DNA of 46,156 nucleotides. Source: Egibacteraceae bacterium. GTDB lineage: Bacteria; Actinomycetota; Nitriliruptoria; Euzebyales; Egibacteraceae. Shown here one piece after another: positions 35,527 to 46,002 of this stretch. A program made the position numbers and the translations under genes. The notes below the pieces were generated by a model that saw nothing but the letters and a program-made list of their open reading frames with translations, had not been told where the DNA came from and made no database searches. Each line of letters opens with the position of its first letter. The first letter of the stretch is position 1. The stretch covers positions 1 to 46,156 of the forward strand of contig DATLGH010000110.1 of NCBI GenBank assembly GCA_035540635.1, read 5' to 3'.

Positions 35527-36774
35527 CTAGACGGTGGCCGCCGTGACGCTGGACGGCCCGCCGTCACGCCGGACGGGACACGACATGCAGCGTGGTCCAC
35601 CCCGTCCGCGCGGCAGCTCGTGGCTCGCGATCTCGTGGACGGTGACCCCCGCCTCCCGCAGGCGCCGGTTGGTGTCCACGTTGCGCTCGTAGGCGACGAC
35701 GACGCCGGGGCGCAGCGCGAGGGTGTTGTTGCCGTCGTCCCACTGCTCGCGGTCGGCGGTGACCTCGTCCTCGCCGGTCGTCACGACGCGGATCCGGTCG
35801 ACGCCGAGGCCGTCGGCGAGCGCGCGCGCCAGATCCGGCTCCTCGGTCACGCGCATGCGCGGCGCCCCCGGAGCGATGCGGTAGGCCGCCAGTGCGGTCC
35901 GCGCAGGCGGCCACAGGACCACGGCGTCGGTGTCGACCACGGTGAGGACGGTGTCGAGGTGCATCGTCCCGCGGGCCTTCGGCAGGTCGACGGCGAGCAC
36001 CCAGCGCGCCGCCCCGGCCGCGAACAGGCGCGCTGCGAGGTTCTCCGCCGCCACGGGGCTCGACCGCTCCGACAGGCCGATCGCGACGCACTCCGGGGAC
36101 AGCACGAGGATGTCGCCGCCTTCGATGGTCGCGGTGAGCAGGTCGCCCTCGTCCTCGCCGTACCACGTGCGCGTCGGCGCGCCGGCGAAGCGCTGATGGT
36201 GGCGGTAGACGGTGCGCCACAGCCGCCGCTCGGGTTGGCGAGCGGTCTTGTGGAGGGGCCCGAGCACGAGGCCGTCGCCGATCCAGGCGGACGGGTCACG
36301 CGTGAACACCGTGTTGGGCAGCGGCGGGACGAGGAACGCGGCGGTGCCGAGCACCCCTCCGACGAAGCCCTCGCGCGCGCCGGGCACCTCGGCCACCGTG
36401 ACACCGCCCACGAGGGCGGTGGCGACGTCCTCGGGCGGGAGGTCCGCCAGGTGGTGGCGCACCCGCTCGACGAGCTCCACGCCGCACGTGTCAGCGGTCA
36501 CGACCTGACGGACGAGGTCGGCGCGCACACCGTCGTCCGCGAGCGTCTCGGCCAGCAGCTCTGCGAACAGGTGCACCTGTACGCCCTCGGCACGGAGCAG
36601 CGCGGCGAACCGGTCGTGCTCCGCCTGCGCCACGCTGACCCACACGAGCTCGTCGAAGAGCAGCGCGTCCTTGTTCGCCGGGGTGAGGCGACGAAGCTCG
36701 AGCCCGGGGCGGTGCAGGATCACCTCCCGGAGCCGACCGGTCTCGGATGCGACGGAGACGCCGGGCGCGGTCAC
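35527..36774 (-). CDS. arcA: arginine deiminase
   Basis: GTG at 36774. Contains NTVFTRD and a C-terminal GGPRCMSCP active-site Cys motif. About 415 aa. Confidence 0.85.
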   Translation of the reverse strand: MTAPGVSVASETGRLREVILHRPGLELRRLTPANKDALLFDELVWVSVAQAEHDRFAALLRAEGVQVHLFAELLAETLADDGVRADLVRQVVTADTCGVELVERVRHHLADLPPEDVATALVGGVTVAEVPGAREGFVGGVLGTAAFLVPPLPNTVFTRDPSAWIGDGLVLGPLHKTARQPERRLWRTVYRHHQRFAGAPTRTWYGEDEGDLLTATIEGGDILVLSPECVAIGLSERSSPVAAENLAARLFAAGAARWVLAVDLPKARGTMHLDTVLTVVDTDAVVLWPPARTALAAYRIAPGAPRMRVTEEPDLARALADGLGVDRIRVVTTGEDEVTADREQWDDGNNTLALRPGVVVAYERNVDTNRRLREAGVTVHEIASHELPRGRGGPRCMSCPVRRDGGPSSVTAATV

Positions 36775-36822
36775 GACCGTGCAGCCTATACTCGCCCGGC
36801 GAGAGGGAAGGAGCGGGCCGGC

Positions 36823-37332
36823 GTGACGGGATTCCTCGTCATCGGCGCCGTCGGGTTGGCGGTGGTCCTCGCGTCGCTCATCCTCGGAGACATCTTCGAG
36901 GGGCTGTTCGACGCGTTCGACGTCGACTTCGGCAGTGGCCTGTTCTCCGCGCCGGTGATCGGCTCGTTCCTCGCCGCGTTCGGCTTCGGGGCCGCCCTCA
37001 TCATGACGGGCACCGGCATCGGGGCGGCGGGTGGGGCACTCGGCGGCCTCGCGAGCGGCGTCGTGATCGGGGCGCTCGCGCTCATGATGACCCGCGCCCT
37101 CATCGACATGCCGACGGATCCGCCGGTGCGCACGGCGGACGTCGTGGGGGCCACCGCCGTCGTCGTCACCCGGATCCCCGATGACGGCTTCGGCGAGATC
37201 ACCCTCATCCACTCGGGCCAGGTGAAGAAGCTGTCGGCTCGCGCCGCGGAGCCGGTTCCCGCGGGCCGCACCGTCGTCGTCACCCAGGTGACGTCGTCGT
37301 CCTCGGTCATCGTCCGGCCCGTCGAACCCTAG
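36823..37332 (+). CDS. NfeD-family membrane protein
   Basis: GTG start with RBS GGGAAGGAG. Gly/Ala-rich TM helices followed by a C-terminal OB-like domain. Precedes a flotillin gene. Confidence 0.7.
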   Translation: MTGFLVIGAVGLAVVLASLILGDIFEGLFDAFDVDFGSGLFSAPVIGSFLAAFGFGAALIMTGTGIGAAGGALGGLASGVVIGALALMMTRALIDMPTDPPVRTADVVGATAVVVTRIPDDGFGEITLIHSGQVKKLSARAAEPVPAGRTVVVTQVTSSSSVIVRPVEP

Positions 37333-37376
37333 CCGGAGTCCTCCGGCCCTGACGCAAGCGACACAGGGAGCCCGCA

Positions 37377-38945
37377 ATGCTCGACTTCGTCTTCGAGAGC
37401 CCGCTCATCCTCGGCATCCTCGGTGCCGTCGTCCTGCTCATCCTCGTCGGCTACCTCATCGTCCAGCGCGTCCAGGTGGGCGGTCCCAACGAGGCGTTCA
37501 TCATCACCGGGCGCAAGGGCAGGCCGGTCCGCAACCCCGAGACGGGTGAGGTCTCCACCGACATGTCGGGCCAGCGCGTCATCATGGGCGCAAGCGTCTT
37601 CGTCCTGCCGTTCGTGCAGCGGCTCCACATCATGGACCTGCGGAGCCGACGCATCTCCGTGCGGATCACCGGGGCAGTCAGCGAGCAGGGCATCAAGTGC
37701 GACCTCGAAGGCGTGGCCATCGTCAAGGTCGGCGGCAACGAGGACGCGATCCGCGCCGCCGCGCAGCGCTTCCTCACCCAGCAGGAGGGCATCGAGGAGT
37801 TCACCCAGGAGGTCCTGGCCGGCTCCCTGCGCGCCATCGTCGGCCGGTTGACCGTCGAGGCGATCATCAAGGACCGGGCCGCGTTCGCCTCCGCCGTGGC
37901 CGAGGAGGCGGAGACGTCGCTCACCAACCAGGGGCTCACCCTCGACACGTTCCAGCTGCAGGACATCCAGGCCGAGGGCAACTACCTCGCCGACCTCGGG
38001 CGGCCCGAGGCCGCGCGCGTGCAGCAGGACGCCCAGATCGCCGAGGCCCGTGCCCGTCAGGCGAGCGAGCAGGAACGGCTCCGGGCCGAGGAGCAGATCG
38101 CCAACGCCGAGCGACAGCTCGAGCTGCGCCGCGCGGAGATCCGCGCGGAGATCGACGAGGCGAACGCCCGAGCAGCGGCGGCCGGTCCGCTGCAGGAGGC
38201 CGCTCGTGACCAGGAGGTCATCGCCGAGCAGGAGCGGGTGGCCGAGCGCCAGGCCCTCCTGCGCGACCGCCAGCTCGACGCGGAGGTCCGCAAGCCCGCC
38301 GACGCCGAGCGCTACCGCGTCGAGCAGGAGGCCGAGGGGCGCAAGAACGCCGCGGTCTTCGACGCCGACGCCGAGCGCCAGCGCGTCATCGCCGAGGCGC
38401 AGGCGCGGGCGGAGGAGGCACGCCTGTCCGGAGAGGCGGAGAAGGCGCGCCGCACGGCGCTCGCCGACGCCGAGCAGATCGAAGGCGAGCGCCGCGGCGC
38501 AGCCCAGCGTGCGGAGCGCGAGGCGATCGCCGCGGCCGTGCAGCGCGAGGGCGAGGCGGAGGCCGCGGCGATCCTCGCAAAGGGCCAGGCCGAGGCGGAG
38601 GCGCGCGGGCGCAATGCCGAGGCCTTCGCGCACTACAACGACGCCGCGGTCCTCGACATCCTCGCCGGCATCCTGCCCGACACCGTGCGGGCGGCCGCCG
38701 AGCCCATCGCCGCGGTCGAGAAGATGACGGTGATATCCACCGAGGGGGCCTCCCACCTGACCCGCAACGTCGCCTCGAACCTCGAGCAGGGGCTTCAGGT
38801 CGGCTCGGACCTGCTCGGCCTCGACCTGCGCGCCCTGCTGTCCCGGCTGGGTCGTCAGGGGGGCGCAGGCGAGGCACTGGCCGCCGCCCGGTCGTCGCCG
38901 GGTGACGGGTCGCCGGTCGGCGACGGGGGCGCCGCCTCCTCCTAG
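37377..38945 (+). CDS. flotillin/SPFH (band-7) domain protein
   Basis: N-terminal TM helix, SPFH domain, then a long E/A/R-rich coiled coil. Confidence 0.85.
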   Translation: MLDFVFESPLILGILGAVVLLILVGYLIVQRVQVGGPNEAFIITGRKGRPVRNPETGEVSTDMSGQRVIMGASVFVLPFVQRLHIMDLRSRRISVRITGAVSEQGIKCDLEGVAIVKVGGNEDAIRAAAQRFLTQQEGIEEFTQEVLAGSLRAIVGRLTVEAIIKDRAAFASAVAEEAETSLTNQGLTLDTFQLQDIQAEGNYLADLGRPEAARVQQDAQIAEARARQASEQERLRAEEQIANAERQLELRRAEIRAEIDEANARAAAAGPLQEAARDQEVIAEQERVAERQALLRDRQLDAEVRKPADAERYRVEQEAEGRKNAAVFDADAERQRVIAEAQARAEEARLSGEAEKARRTALADAEQIEGERRGAAQRAEREAIAAAVQREGEAEAAAILAKGQAEAEARGRNAEAFAHYNDAAVLDILAGILPDTVRAAAEPIAAVEKMTVISTEGASHLTRNVASNLEQGLQVGSDLLGLDLRALLSRLGRQGGAGEALAAARSSPGDGSPVGDGGAASS

Positions 38946-38976
38946 CGCACCGGACCGCTCCGGCGGTCGTCGCCCC

Positions 38977-39141
38977 TCAGGGAGCCACGACCTCGTCGAG
39001 GAAGCCCCGCACCGCGCCGAGCACCTCCGGCCCGTCGAGCAGCGCCCGGTCGTTGTGGTCGGCGCCGGTCACGAGCATGCAGCGCTTCGGACCCGGGGCC
39101 GCCTCGTAGACCCGCCGGCTCTGCGAGGCCGGCACGATGGC
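38977..39141 (-). pseudogene. C-terminal remnant of an alpha/beta-hydrolase (upstream part lost)
   Basis: ...DGAIVPASQSRRVYEAAPGPKRCMLVTGADHNDRALLDGPEVLGAVRGFLDE matches the usual hydrolase C-terminus with its catalytic His. Further upstream the frame becomes Arg-rich antisense of the next gene. Confidence 0.3.
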
Positions 39142-39198
39142 GCCGTCCTCGCGAGCATCCTCGCCATCCGTCGTCCCATCGTCCGTATCCTGGCCACG

Positions 39199-40290
39199 GT
39201 GAGCACCTACCCCGCAGCGCCCGCGGTGTCCGGGCGGATCCGGGGCATCGACGCGGCCCGCGCCCTGGCCATCATCGGCATGGTGATGGTGCACTTCGGC
39301 CCGACCCAACCCGTCGGCGGTGACCCGCTCTACCGGCTCTACGTCCTGTCGCACGGCCGGGCGTCGATCCTCTTCGTCGTCCTCGCGGGCGTCGGCGTCA
39401 CGCTGCTCGCGGGCGACGGCGCCCCCCGACGCCGCCGCACGGCGACGGCCAAGCTCCTCTACCGGGCCGCGCTTCTCCTCCCCCTCGGCCTCGCGCTCCA
39501 GGAGCTCGACACGAACGTGCTCGTGATCCTGCAGTACTACGCCCTTTACTTCGTCGTCGCGGCTGCGGCCGTGCGTATGGGCGACCGGGTCCTGCTTGCC
39601 CTGGCGGTCCTGGTCGTCGTCGGGGGACCGGTGGCCTATCTCGCGCTGGGCATGTCCCGGCCCGGCTGGTTCGCCGTGGGAGGCCCGGCGGCGTGGACCG
39701 ACGGGCCGGCGCAGATCACCCGCGACCTGCTCCTCACGGGCTCCTATCCCCTGCTCACCTGGTCGGGGCCGGTGCTGTTCGGCGTCTGGCTGGGCCGTCG
39801 CGACCTGCGCGCGGCGGCCGTCCGCTGGCGGCTGCTCGCCGGCGGGGTCGTCGGCGCCGTGGTCATCTACGGCACGTCCACGCTGCTCGTGGCGGCGACG
39901 GGCGGACCGGCGCGCGGCGCGTCCTGGGGGCGGCTGATGGTCGCCGAGGCGCACAGCCAGATGCCGCCCTGGCTAGCGGGCGCCACGGCGGTGGCGACCG
40001 CGGTCCTCGCCGTCTGCCTCCTCGTCGTCGACCGCCTGCCGCGGCTGACGTGGCCGCTCGTCGCGCTGGGTCAGCTCGCACTCACCGTCTACGTGGGCCA
40101 CCTGCTCGTGCTCGCCGCCGCGCCGGAGCTCCTCCAGCGCGACACGGCGGCCCAGGCGGTGCGGACGGTTCTCGGCTTCACCGCCGTGACCGCAGCCCTC
40201 TGCGTGGCCTGGCGGGCGGTCGCCTCCCGGGGCCCCCTGGAGGCGGTGCTGCGCCTGCCGTGGGCGTGGCGCCGCGCCGCCGCGGGGTGA
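39199..40290 (+). CDS. polytopic membrane protein (DUF418/DUF1624-like); start uncertain
   Basis: Multiple hydrophobic helices. N-terminal IDAARALAIIGMVMVHF. Confidence 0.6.
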   Translation: MSTYPAAPAVSGRIRGIDAARALAIIGMVMVHFGPTQPVGGDPLYRLYVLSHGRASILFVVLAGVGVTLLAGDGAPRRRRTATAKLLYRAALLLPLGLALQELDTNVLVILQYYALYFVVAAAAVRMGDRVLLALAVLVVVGGPVAYLALGMSRPGWFAVGGPAAWTDGPAQITRDLLLTGSYPLLTWSGPVLFGVWLGRRDLRAAAVRWRLLAGGVVGAVVIYGTSTLLVAATGGPARGASWGRLMVAEAHSQMPPWLAGATAVATAVLAVCLLVVDRLPRLTWPLVALGQLALTVYVGHLLVLAAAPELLQRDTAAQAVRTVLGFTAVTAALCVAWRAVASRGPLEAVLRLPWAWRRAAAG

Positions 40291-40360
40291 CGCCCGCGGT
40301 CAGGCGGCAGGAGCGGGCCGATCGTCGTCGCGATGGTCATGACTGCCCTACTGGCGGACC

Positions 40361-42427
40361 TCAGACGAACGCGCGGTCCTCCTCGGCGACGAGACGCTGC
40401 CCGAAGAGCTTCTCCGACAACCCCGTCTCGTCGAGGTACTTGCACACGCCCCCCATGAAGAACGGCCAGCCGGCCCCGAGGAGCAGACCCGTGTCGATGT
40501 CACGGGCGTCGGCGACCACGCCCTCGTCGAGCATGATATTCGCCTCGTCGGCGACCGCCTCGATCGCCTGGCTGCGGATCTGCTCGGCGGTGAGCCGCTC
40601 GGCGCCGGGCTCGGTCGTGACCGCCGCGGTCACCGCCTCGTGCGGCACGCGCCCCTTGCTCCAGTCGTAGATCCCGTCGACGTCAAGGGCGGCGAGACGT
40701 CGGAAGTTCTCGTTGATCGGGAAACGGTCGGGGTAGGCCGCGTGGAGCGTCTCCGCGGTGTGGAAGGCGACCTTCACGCCGACGAACCCCAGCAGCTCGA
40801 AGGGGCCCATCGGCAGGCCGAGCGCCTTGACGGCGTCGTCGATCTCCGCGAAGTCGTTTCCGCGCCGCAGGGCGTCGATGCACGCGCCGTTGAAGCGGGT
40901 GAGGAGGCGGTTCACGATGAACGCCGGCGTGTCGGCGCAGAGCACCCCCGACTTGCGTAGCCCCTTCGACACCTCGAACGCGGTGGACAGCGTGCCGTCG
41001 TTCGTACGCTCCGTGCGCACGATCTCGAGGAACGGCAGCACCGCCACCGGGTTGAAGAAGTGGAACCCGACGAGGCGCTCCGGGTGCGCGAGACGCGAGC
41101 CCATCTCGGTGACCGAGAGGGAAGAGGTGTTCGTGGCGAGGACGGCACCCTCGTCGACGACCCGCTCGACGTCGGCGAACACCCGCTGCTTCAGGTCCAT
41201 GCGCTCGAGGACCGCCTCGAGGACGAAGTCGCTGCCGCCGAGCGGCTCGTCGTCCAGCGTGTAGGTCACGATCTCTTTCAGGAACCGCGCCTTGCCCTGG
41301 CCGAGCCGTCCCCGCTCGACCCGCTTGTCGAGCTCGCCCTCGATGTGGAGCCTTGCGCGGTCGAGAACCCCCTGGTCGATGTCCTTCATGACGAGGGGAA
41401 CCTCGAGGCGCTGCAGGAACAGGCTGCCGAGCTGCGCGCCCATCAAGCCCGACCCGACGATGCCGACCTTGCGGACCCTGCGCGGGGCCACGTCGGGACG
41501 CCACGGCTGGCGCTTCACCCGCTGCTGGGTGAGCTCGAAGCTGTAGACGGCCGCCTGTGCCTGGCGTGCGGGCAGGAGCTCGGCGAGTGCGTCGATCTCC
41601 TTGCGGCGGCCCTCGTCGAGGTCGCCTCCCCGCGCGGCGAACGCGATGAGGTCGATGGCGACGTACGGGGCGCGGGTCGCGCCGCGCACCCGGTTGTCGG
41701 CGGCCTCGCGTGCGGCGGCGAGGGCCTCGTCGAGGTCGCCGGCCGGCGGCTCCGCGCGGGTGATGGTCTCCTCGCCGGTCACGAGGCGCTCGAGCAGCGC
41801 CACGGAGCGGTCGAGGAAGTCCACCGCGTCGAACAGCCGGTCGGCGAGGCCGAGGGCGAAGGCCTCCTTCGGCCGCAGCAGCTTGTTGTTGCTCAGGGCG
41901 TTGTGGACGATCACCGTGAGTGCGTTCTCGGCGCCGATGATGCGGGGAGCAAGCTGCGTTCCCCCCCATGCCGGGAAGATCGACAGGAAGACCTCGGGAA
42001 AGGCGATCGCCCCCGCCCCCGTTGAGAGCGTCCGGTAGTCGCAGTGCAGGGCAATCTCCAGCCCGCCCCCCAGGCAGGCGCCGTTGATCGCCGCGAGCGT
42101 GGGGAACGGCAGGTTCTGCAGGCGCTGGAACGCGGCATGCCCCGCCTCGGCGGCCCCGCGGGCGAACGTCTCGTCGGCGCCGTGGAAGCTCTTCAGGTCG
42201 GCGCCGGCGGCGAAGACGAACGGCTTGCCGGTGAGCAGCAGGCCCTTGACGTCACCTTCTCCTTCGAGGGTGTCGAGCGCCCGCGACAGGCTCTCGAGGG
42301 CGAGGGGGCCGAAGGTGGTCGGCTTCCGGTGATCCTGGCCGTTGTCCATGGTGAGCAGGGCGAGGCGTCCCGCGCGGCGGGAGTCGTAGTGGGTGAGCTT
42401 GAACTGCGTGACGGGGCTGTCGGCCAT
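40361..42427 (-). CDS. fadB: fatty-acid oxidation complex alpha subunit (enoyl-CoA hydratase / 3-hydroxyacyl-CoA dehydrogenase)
   Basis: N-terminal crotonase fold followed by a Rossmann segment IVGSGLMGAQLG. 688 aa. Confidence 0.85.
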   Translation of the reverse strand: MADSPVTQFKLTHYDSRRAGRLALLTMDNGQDHRKPTTFGPLALESLSRALDTLEGEGDVKGLLLTGKPFVFAAGADLKSFHGADETFARGAAEAGHAAFQRLQNLPFPTLAAINGACLGGGLEIALHCDYRTLSTGAGAIAFPEVFLSIFPAWGGTQLAPRIIGAENALTVIVHNALSNNKLLRPKEAFALGLADRLFDAVDFLDRSVALLERLVTGEETITRAEPPAGDLDEALAAAREAADNRVRGATRAPYVAIDLIAFAARGGDLDEGRRKEIDALAELLPARQAQAAVYSFELTQQRVKRQPWRPDVAPRRVRKVGIVGSGLMGAQLGSLFLQRLEVPLVMKDIDQGVLDRARLHIEGELDKRVERGRLGQGKARFLKEIVTYTLDDEPLGGSDFVLEAVLERMDLKQRVFADVERVVDEGAVLATNTSSLSVTEMGSRLAHPERLVGFHFFNPVAVLPFLEIVRTERTNDGTLSTAFEVSKGLRKSGVLCADTPAFIVNRLLTRFNGACIDALRRGNDFAEIDDAVKALGLPMGPFELLGFVGVKVAFHTAETLHAAYPDRFPINENFRRLAALDVDGIYDWSKGRVPHEAVTAAVTTEPGAERLTAEQIRSQAIEAVADEANIMLDEGVVADARDIDTGLLLGAGWPFFMGGVCKYLDETGLSEKLFGQRLVAEEDRAFV

Positions 42428-42433
42428 CGGACT

Positions 42434-43612
42434 TCAGACCCTTTCCCACAGGACGCTCGCGCCCATGCCGAGCCCCACGCACAGCGTCGTGATCCCGTAG
42501 CGGGCGTCGTCGTGCGTCGAGAAGTAGTGCGCGAGCTGCTGGGCGAGGCGCGCACCCGACATCGCGAGGGGATGCCCGAGGGCGATGGCCCCGCCGTAGG
42601 GGTTGACCTTCGTCGTGTCGTGGGCGAGGCCGTAGTGGTCGAGGAACGCCACGCACTGCACCGCGAACGCCTCGTTCATCTCGACGTCGTCGATGTCGTC
42701 CATCGTGAGGCCGTTGCGGCCGAGCAGCTTGTCGGTGGCGGGGATCGGTCCCCAGCCCATCGTCTCGGGCTCGACGCCGACGAACTGGTAGTCGACGAGA
42801 CGCATCTTGGCGACCAGGCCCATGTCCTCGACCGCGCCGGGACTGGCGAGCAAGGTGCAGCCGGCGCCGTCGTTGAGGCCGGCCGCGTTGCCGGGGGTGA
42901 CGCGCCCTCCCTCACGGAACGCCGGCTGGAGGCGGTTGAGGTCGTCGATCGTGACGCCGGGGCGGGGATGCTCGTCGCGGGCGACCACCCGCCAGCCACC
43001 GTCGCTCCACACCGTCATCGGCACGACGTGGTCGTCGAACGCGCCGTCCGCCCACGCCTTGGCGACGCGCTCCTGTGACTGCAGGGCGTAGGCGTCGGCC
43101 TGCTGGCGGGTGATGTCGGGTGCGTGGTCGTGGAGGTTCTCGGCGGTGGTGCCCATGACGAGCGCCGAGGGCTCGACGATCTTCTCGGACAGGAAGCGCG
43201 GGTTGGGGTCGATGTCGCTGCCCATCGGGTGGCGGCCCATGTGCTCGACCCCGCCGGCGATGACGACGTCCTGCGCGCCGACGCGGATGGCGTTCGCGGC
43301 GTTGGTGATCGCGGTCAGCGCGCCGGCGCACATCCGGTCGAGGGCGTAGCCCGGGACGGACTTCGGCAGGCCGGCGAGCACGGCCGTGGAGCGCCCGAGG
43401 GTCAGGCCCTGGTCCCCCACCTGCGCGGTTGCCGCCCACACGTTGTCGTCGATGCGCGCCGGCTCGAGGCTGGGGTTGCGCTCGAGCAGCTTGCGGATGG
43501 TGCGCACCGCCATGTCGTCGGCGCGGGTGTGGGCGTAGTAGCCGTCCGGCTTGGCCCGCCCGATGGGCAGGCGCACCCCGTCGACATAGAGTGCGTCGCG
43601 TACCTCGGGCAT
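42434..43612 (-). CDS. fadA: acetyl-CoA acetyltransferase / 3-ketoacyl-CoA thiolase
   Basis: Active-site Cys in LDRMCAGAL and a thiolase C-terminal GLGMGAS motif. Confidence 0.9.
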   Translation of the reverse strand: MPEVRDALYVDGVRLPIGRAKPDGYYAHTRADDMAVRTIRKLLERNPSLEPARIDDNVWAATAQVGDQGLTLGRSTAVLAGLPKSVPGYALDRMCAGALTAITNAANAIRVGAQDVVIAGGVEHMGRHPMGSDIDPNPRFLSEKIVEPSALVMGTTAENLHDHAPDITRQQADAYALQSQERVAKAWADGAFDDHVVPMTVWSDGGWRVVARDEHPRPGVTIDDLNRLQPAFREGGRVTPGNAAGLNDGAGCTLLASPGAVEDMGLVAKMRLVDYQFVGVEPETMGWGPIPATDKLLGRNGLTMDDIDDVEMNEAFAVQCVAFLDHYGLAHDTTKVNPYGGAIALGHPLAMSGARLAQQLAHYFSTHDDARYGITTLCVGLGMGASVLWERV

Positions 43613-43647
43613 CGGGTCTGCTCCTCTTGTCGGCGTCGCCGCTCATG

Positions 43648-45441
43648 TTACCGCGCGGTAACTTCGTGCGCTCCCGACTCGGAAGTCCCCCAGCGGGGGC
43701 GGACCGCGGCGTCGACCGCCGCCGGGACCTCCCCGAGCACCTCCCGGGCGGCGGCGAGCATGCCGTCGGTGACGAGCGCTGCGGCCTCCTCGGCATCGCC
43801 CGCCGGCACGTCGGCGACGAGCTCGTCGTGGACGACGAGCACCAGCCCGTCGGCGGCGACGGGACCCCGGCTCCCGAAGCGGTCGCGGAGACGGCGGGCG
43901 ACCTCCGCGAGTGCGAGCTTCGTCATGTCCGCCCCCGCACCCTGGATCGGGGCGTTGCGCGCGAGTGAGGCGGGGGGCGGCCCGCCGTCGCCGGTGAGCG
44001 CGCGGACCCGGCCCAGGGGCGTGCGCGCCCGCCCCGTGCGCTTGGCGGTGGCCTCCGCCTCCGCGAGCCAGGCGGCGACCTTCGGGAAGGCGGAGAAGTA
44101 ACGCGCCATGGTCCGCTCCGCGGTCGCGACGTCCATGCCCGTCGCACGCGCGAAGCCCGGCGCGCCCATCCCGTACATGAGTCCGAAGTTCAGCTGCTTC
44201 GCGGCGGCGCGCTGCTCGGCGTCGACCGACTCCTCCGCGACGTCGAACACCATGGCCGCGGTCGTGGCATGGAGGTCGCCGCCGCGGCGGAACACCTCCG
44301 TCAGTGCCGCGTCGCCGGACACCGCGGCGAGGATCCTCAGCTCCTGCTGGGAGTAGTCGGCGATTACGAGCGCCCGCCCCGGCTGGCCCCCGAAGCAGGC
44401 CCGGTAGTCGGCATCCCGGGGCACCTGGGTGAGGTTGGGCTCGTTGCAGGCGATCCGCCCCGCCCCGACGATCTGCCGCCAGTCCGCGTGCACCCGTCCG
44501 GTCACCCGATGGACGACCCGCTCCGCCCAGTCCCCGCCCCAGCTCGTCGTGACCTTGCGGACCTGACGGTAGTGGAGGAACGCCGCCACGGCCGGGTGGT
44601 CGGTGTGGTCGCGCAGGAGGGCCTCCCGGGTGCCGTCCACGTGCACGCCGGTGCGGGCGAGCGCCTCACGTACCTGTTCGGGCGAGTCGAGGTTCACCGG
44701 CTCGGGGCCGAACAGGTCGCGGGGGCTGTCGTCGGTGACGAGCGCGGCCTGCACCCGCTGCTCGACCTCCGGCAGCTGCGCCTCCAGGGCGCCGACGAGC
44801 GCCCGCCAGCGGGGCGCGTCGAAGGCGACACCGCGCAGGGCGAGGTCGGCGAGCACCGGCAGCGCGGCGAACTCCAGCCGGGCAACGCGGGTGAGTCCGT
44901 GGCCGACGAGCTCGCGCCACTGCTGGTCGAACACCCCCCACGTGGCGGCGGCGTCGTCGGCGGCGTAGCGCAGCTGCTCGCCGGTCAGGGGCGCCGGCGA
45001 CCCGAAGGTCTCGCGCACCGACTTGTCGAGCCGCATCCCGAGACGGAACTCGGCGAGGCCCGCGAGGCCGACGCCCGCGTCGGTCTTCTCGCCGCCGTCG
45101 AGCAGCTGCTGGGCGAGCATCGTGTCGGCGACGCGGCGGACCTCGACGCCGGCGACCGCCAGGAAGCGCAGGTCGAACGAGCCGTGGTGGAAGACCTTGA
45201 GCATGCCGGGGTCGCCGAGCAGCGTTTGCAGGGCCCGCGGGTCGACCCGCGTCGCGTCGAGGACGAGCACCGGTCGGTCGGGCCCGGCGCAGGCCTGCAC
45301 GAGCAGCAGCCGGTCGGCATAGGGGTCCCAGCCGGCCGTCTCAGTGTCCACGGCGACGTACGCCGCGCCGTCGACCCCGGCCAACCACTGGGCTACCTGC
45401 GCCGCGGTCGTCGCGTGGACGTAGGCTTGCGGCTCGGCCAT
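43648..45441 (-). CDS. DNA polymerase I-like protein (3'-5' exonuclease domain plus family-A polymerase domain, no 5' nuclease domain)
   Basis: Contains VAVDTETAGWDP (exo I) and the pol motifs RRAAKQLNFGLMYGMG and VHDELV. ATG at 45441. Confidence 0.8.
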   Translation of the reverse strand: MAEPQAYVHATTAAQVAQWLAGVDGAAYVAVDTETAGWDPYADRLLLVQACAGPDRPVLVLDATRVDPRALQTLLGDPGMLKVFHHGSFDLRFLAVAGVEVRRVADTMLAQQLLDGGEKTDAGVGLAGLAEFRLGMRLDKSVRETFGSPAPLTGEQLRYAADDAAATWGVFDQQWRELVGHGLTRVARLEFAALPVLADLALRGVAFDAPRWRALVGALEAQLPEVEQRVQAALVTDDSPRDLFGPEPVNLDSPEQVREALARTGVHVDGTREALLRDHTDHPAVAAFLHYRQVRKVTTSWGGDWAERVVHRVTGRVHADWRQIVGAGRIACNEPNLTQVPRDADYRACFGGQPGRALVIADYSQQELRILAAVSGDAALTEVFRRGGDLHATTAAMVFDVAEESVDAEQRAAAKQLNFGLMYGMGAPGFARATGMDVATAERTMARYFSAFPKVAAWLAEAEATAKRTGRARTPLGRVRALTGDGGPPPASLARNAPIQGAGADMTKLALAEVARRLRDRFGSRGPVAADGLVLVVHDELVADVPAGDAEEAAALVTDGMLAAAREVLGEVPAAVDAAVRPRWGTSESGAHEVTAR

Positions 45442-45528
45442 GGCGGCCAGTGTGCACCAGGCGGGAACCCCCGATGACCCGCCGGCGTCCCATGGGCTGT
45501 GGGAAGCTCGAAGCGAAGGAGGACGGGG

Positions 45529-45891
45529 ATGCGGTTCATGTCGCTCGTGCTGGGCGGAGCTTTGCTCGTCGCCTGCGGGCAGGACCCCGCCACGGCCCCG
45601 CCCCCGGAGGAGCCGACGGAGGGCGAGCTCGTTGAGGGCACCCTCGGGGGGGATGCCGATCTCGAGGGAGGGTGCGCCTGGCTCGAGGCGGCGGACGGCC
45701 GCTACGACGTCATGTACCCCGACGGCTACACGATCGCCTTCGACCCCGTCCGCGTGGTCGGTCCGGACGGCGAGGTCGTCGCCGAGGAGGGCGAGGTGCT
45801 GCGCGTCCGCGGACACATCGACGCCGAGATGATGACGGTCTGCCAGGTCGGCACGGTCTTCCGGGCCGAGGAGGTCCTCAACGGCGAATAG
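45529..45891 (+). CDS. putative lipoprotein
   Basis: Product MRFMSLVLGGALLVACGQDP has a signal peptide and a lipobox Cys. Confidence 0.5.
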   Translation: MRFMSLVLGGALLVACGQDPATAPPPEEPTEGELVEGTLGGDADLEGGCAWLEAADGRYDVMYPDGYTIAFDPVRVVGPDGEVVAEEGEVLRVRGHIDAEMMTVCQVGTVFRAEEVLNGE

Positions 45892-46002
45892 GCGCCCTCA
45901 CCACCTGTGGCGGAAACGCGGGTGAGGGCCAGGCCTGGCCTTGGGGGGTGGGCCGCCGGCCTGGCCCTCCGCGGCGGTCAGGTGCGGGGGCTCGGCGCCC
46001 GA

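Noticed and set aside
35620-36822. N-terminal 400 codons of the 570-aa plus-strand ORF, and the 35527..37377 minus-strand ORF extension beyond 36774
   Set aside because: They are antisense to or upstream extensions of arcA and the NfeD-like gene. Their content is Arg/Asp-rich.
39142-39954. Upstream part of the 325-aa minus-strand ORF
   Set aside because: It is an Arg-rich antisense of the DUF418-like membrane gene. Only the C-terminal 55 codons look protein-like.
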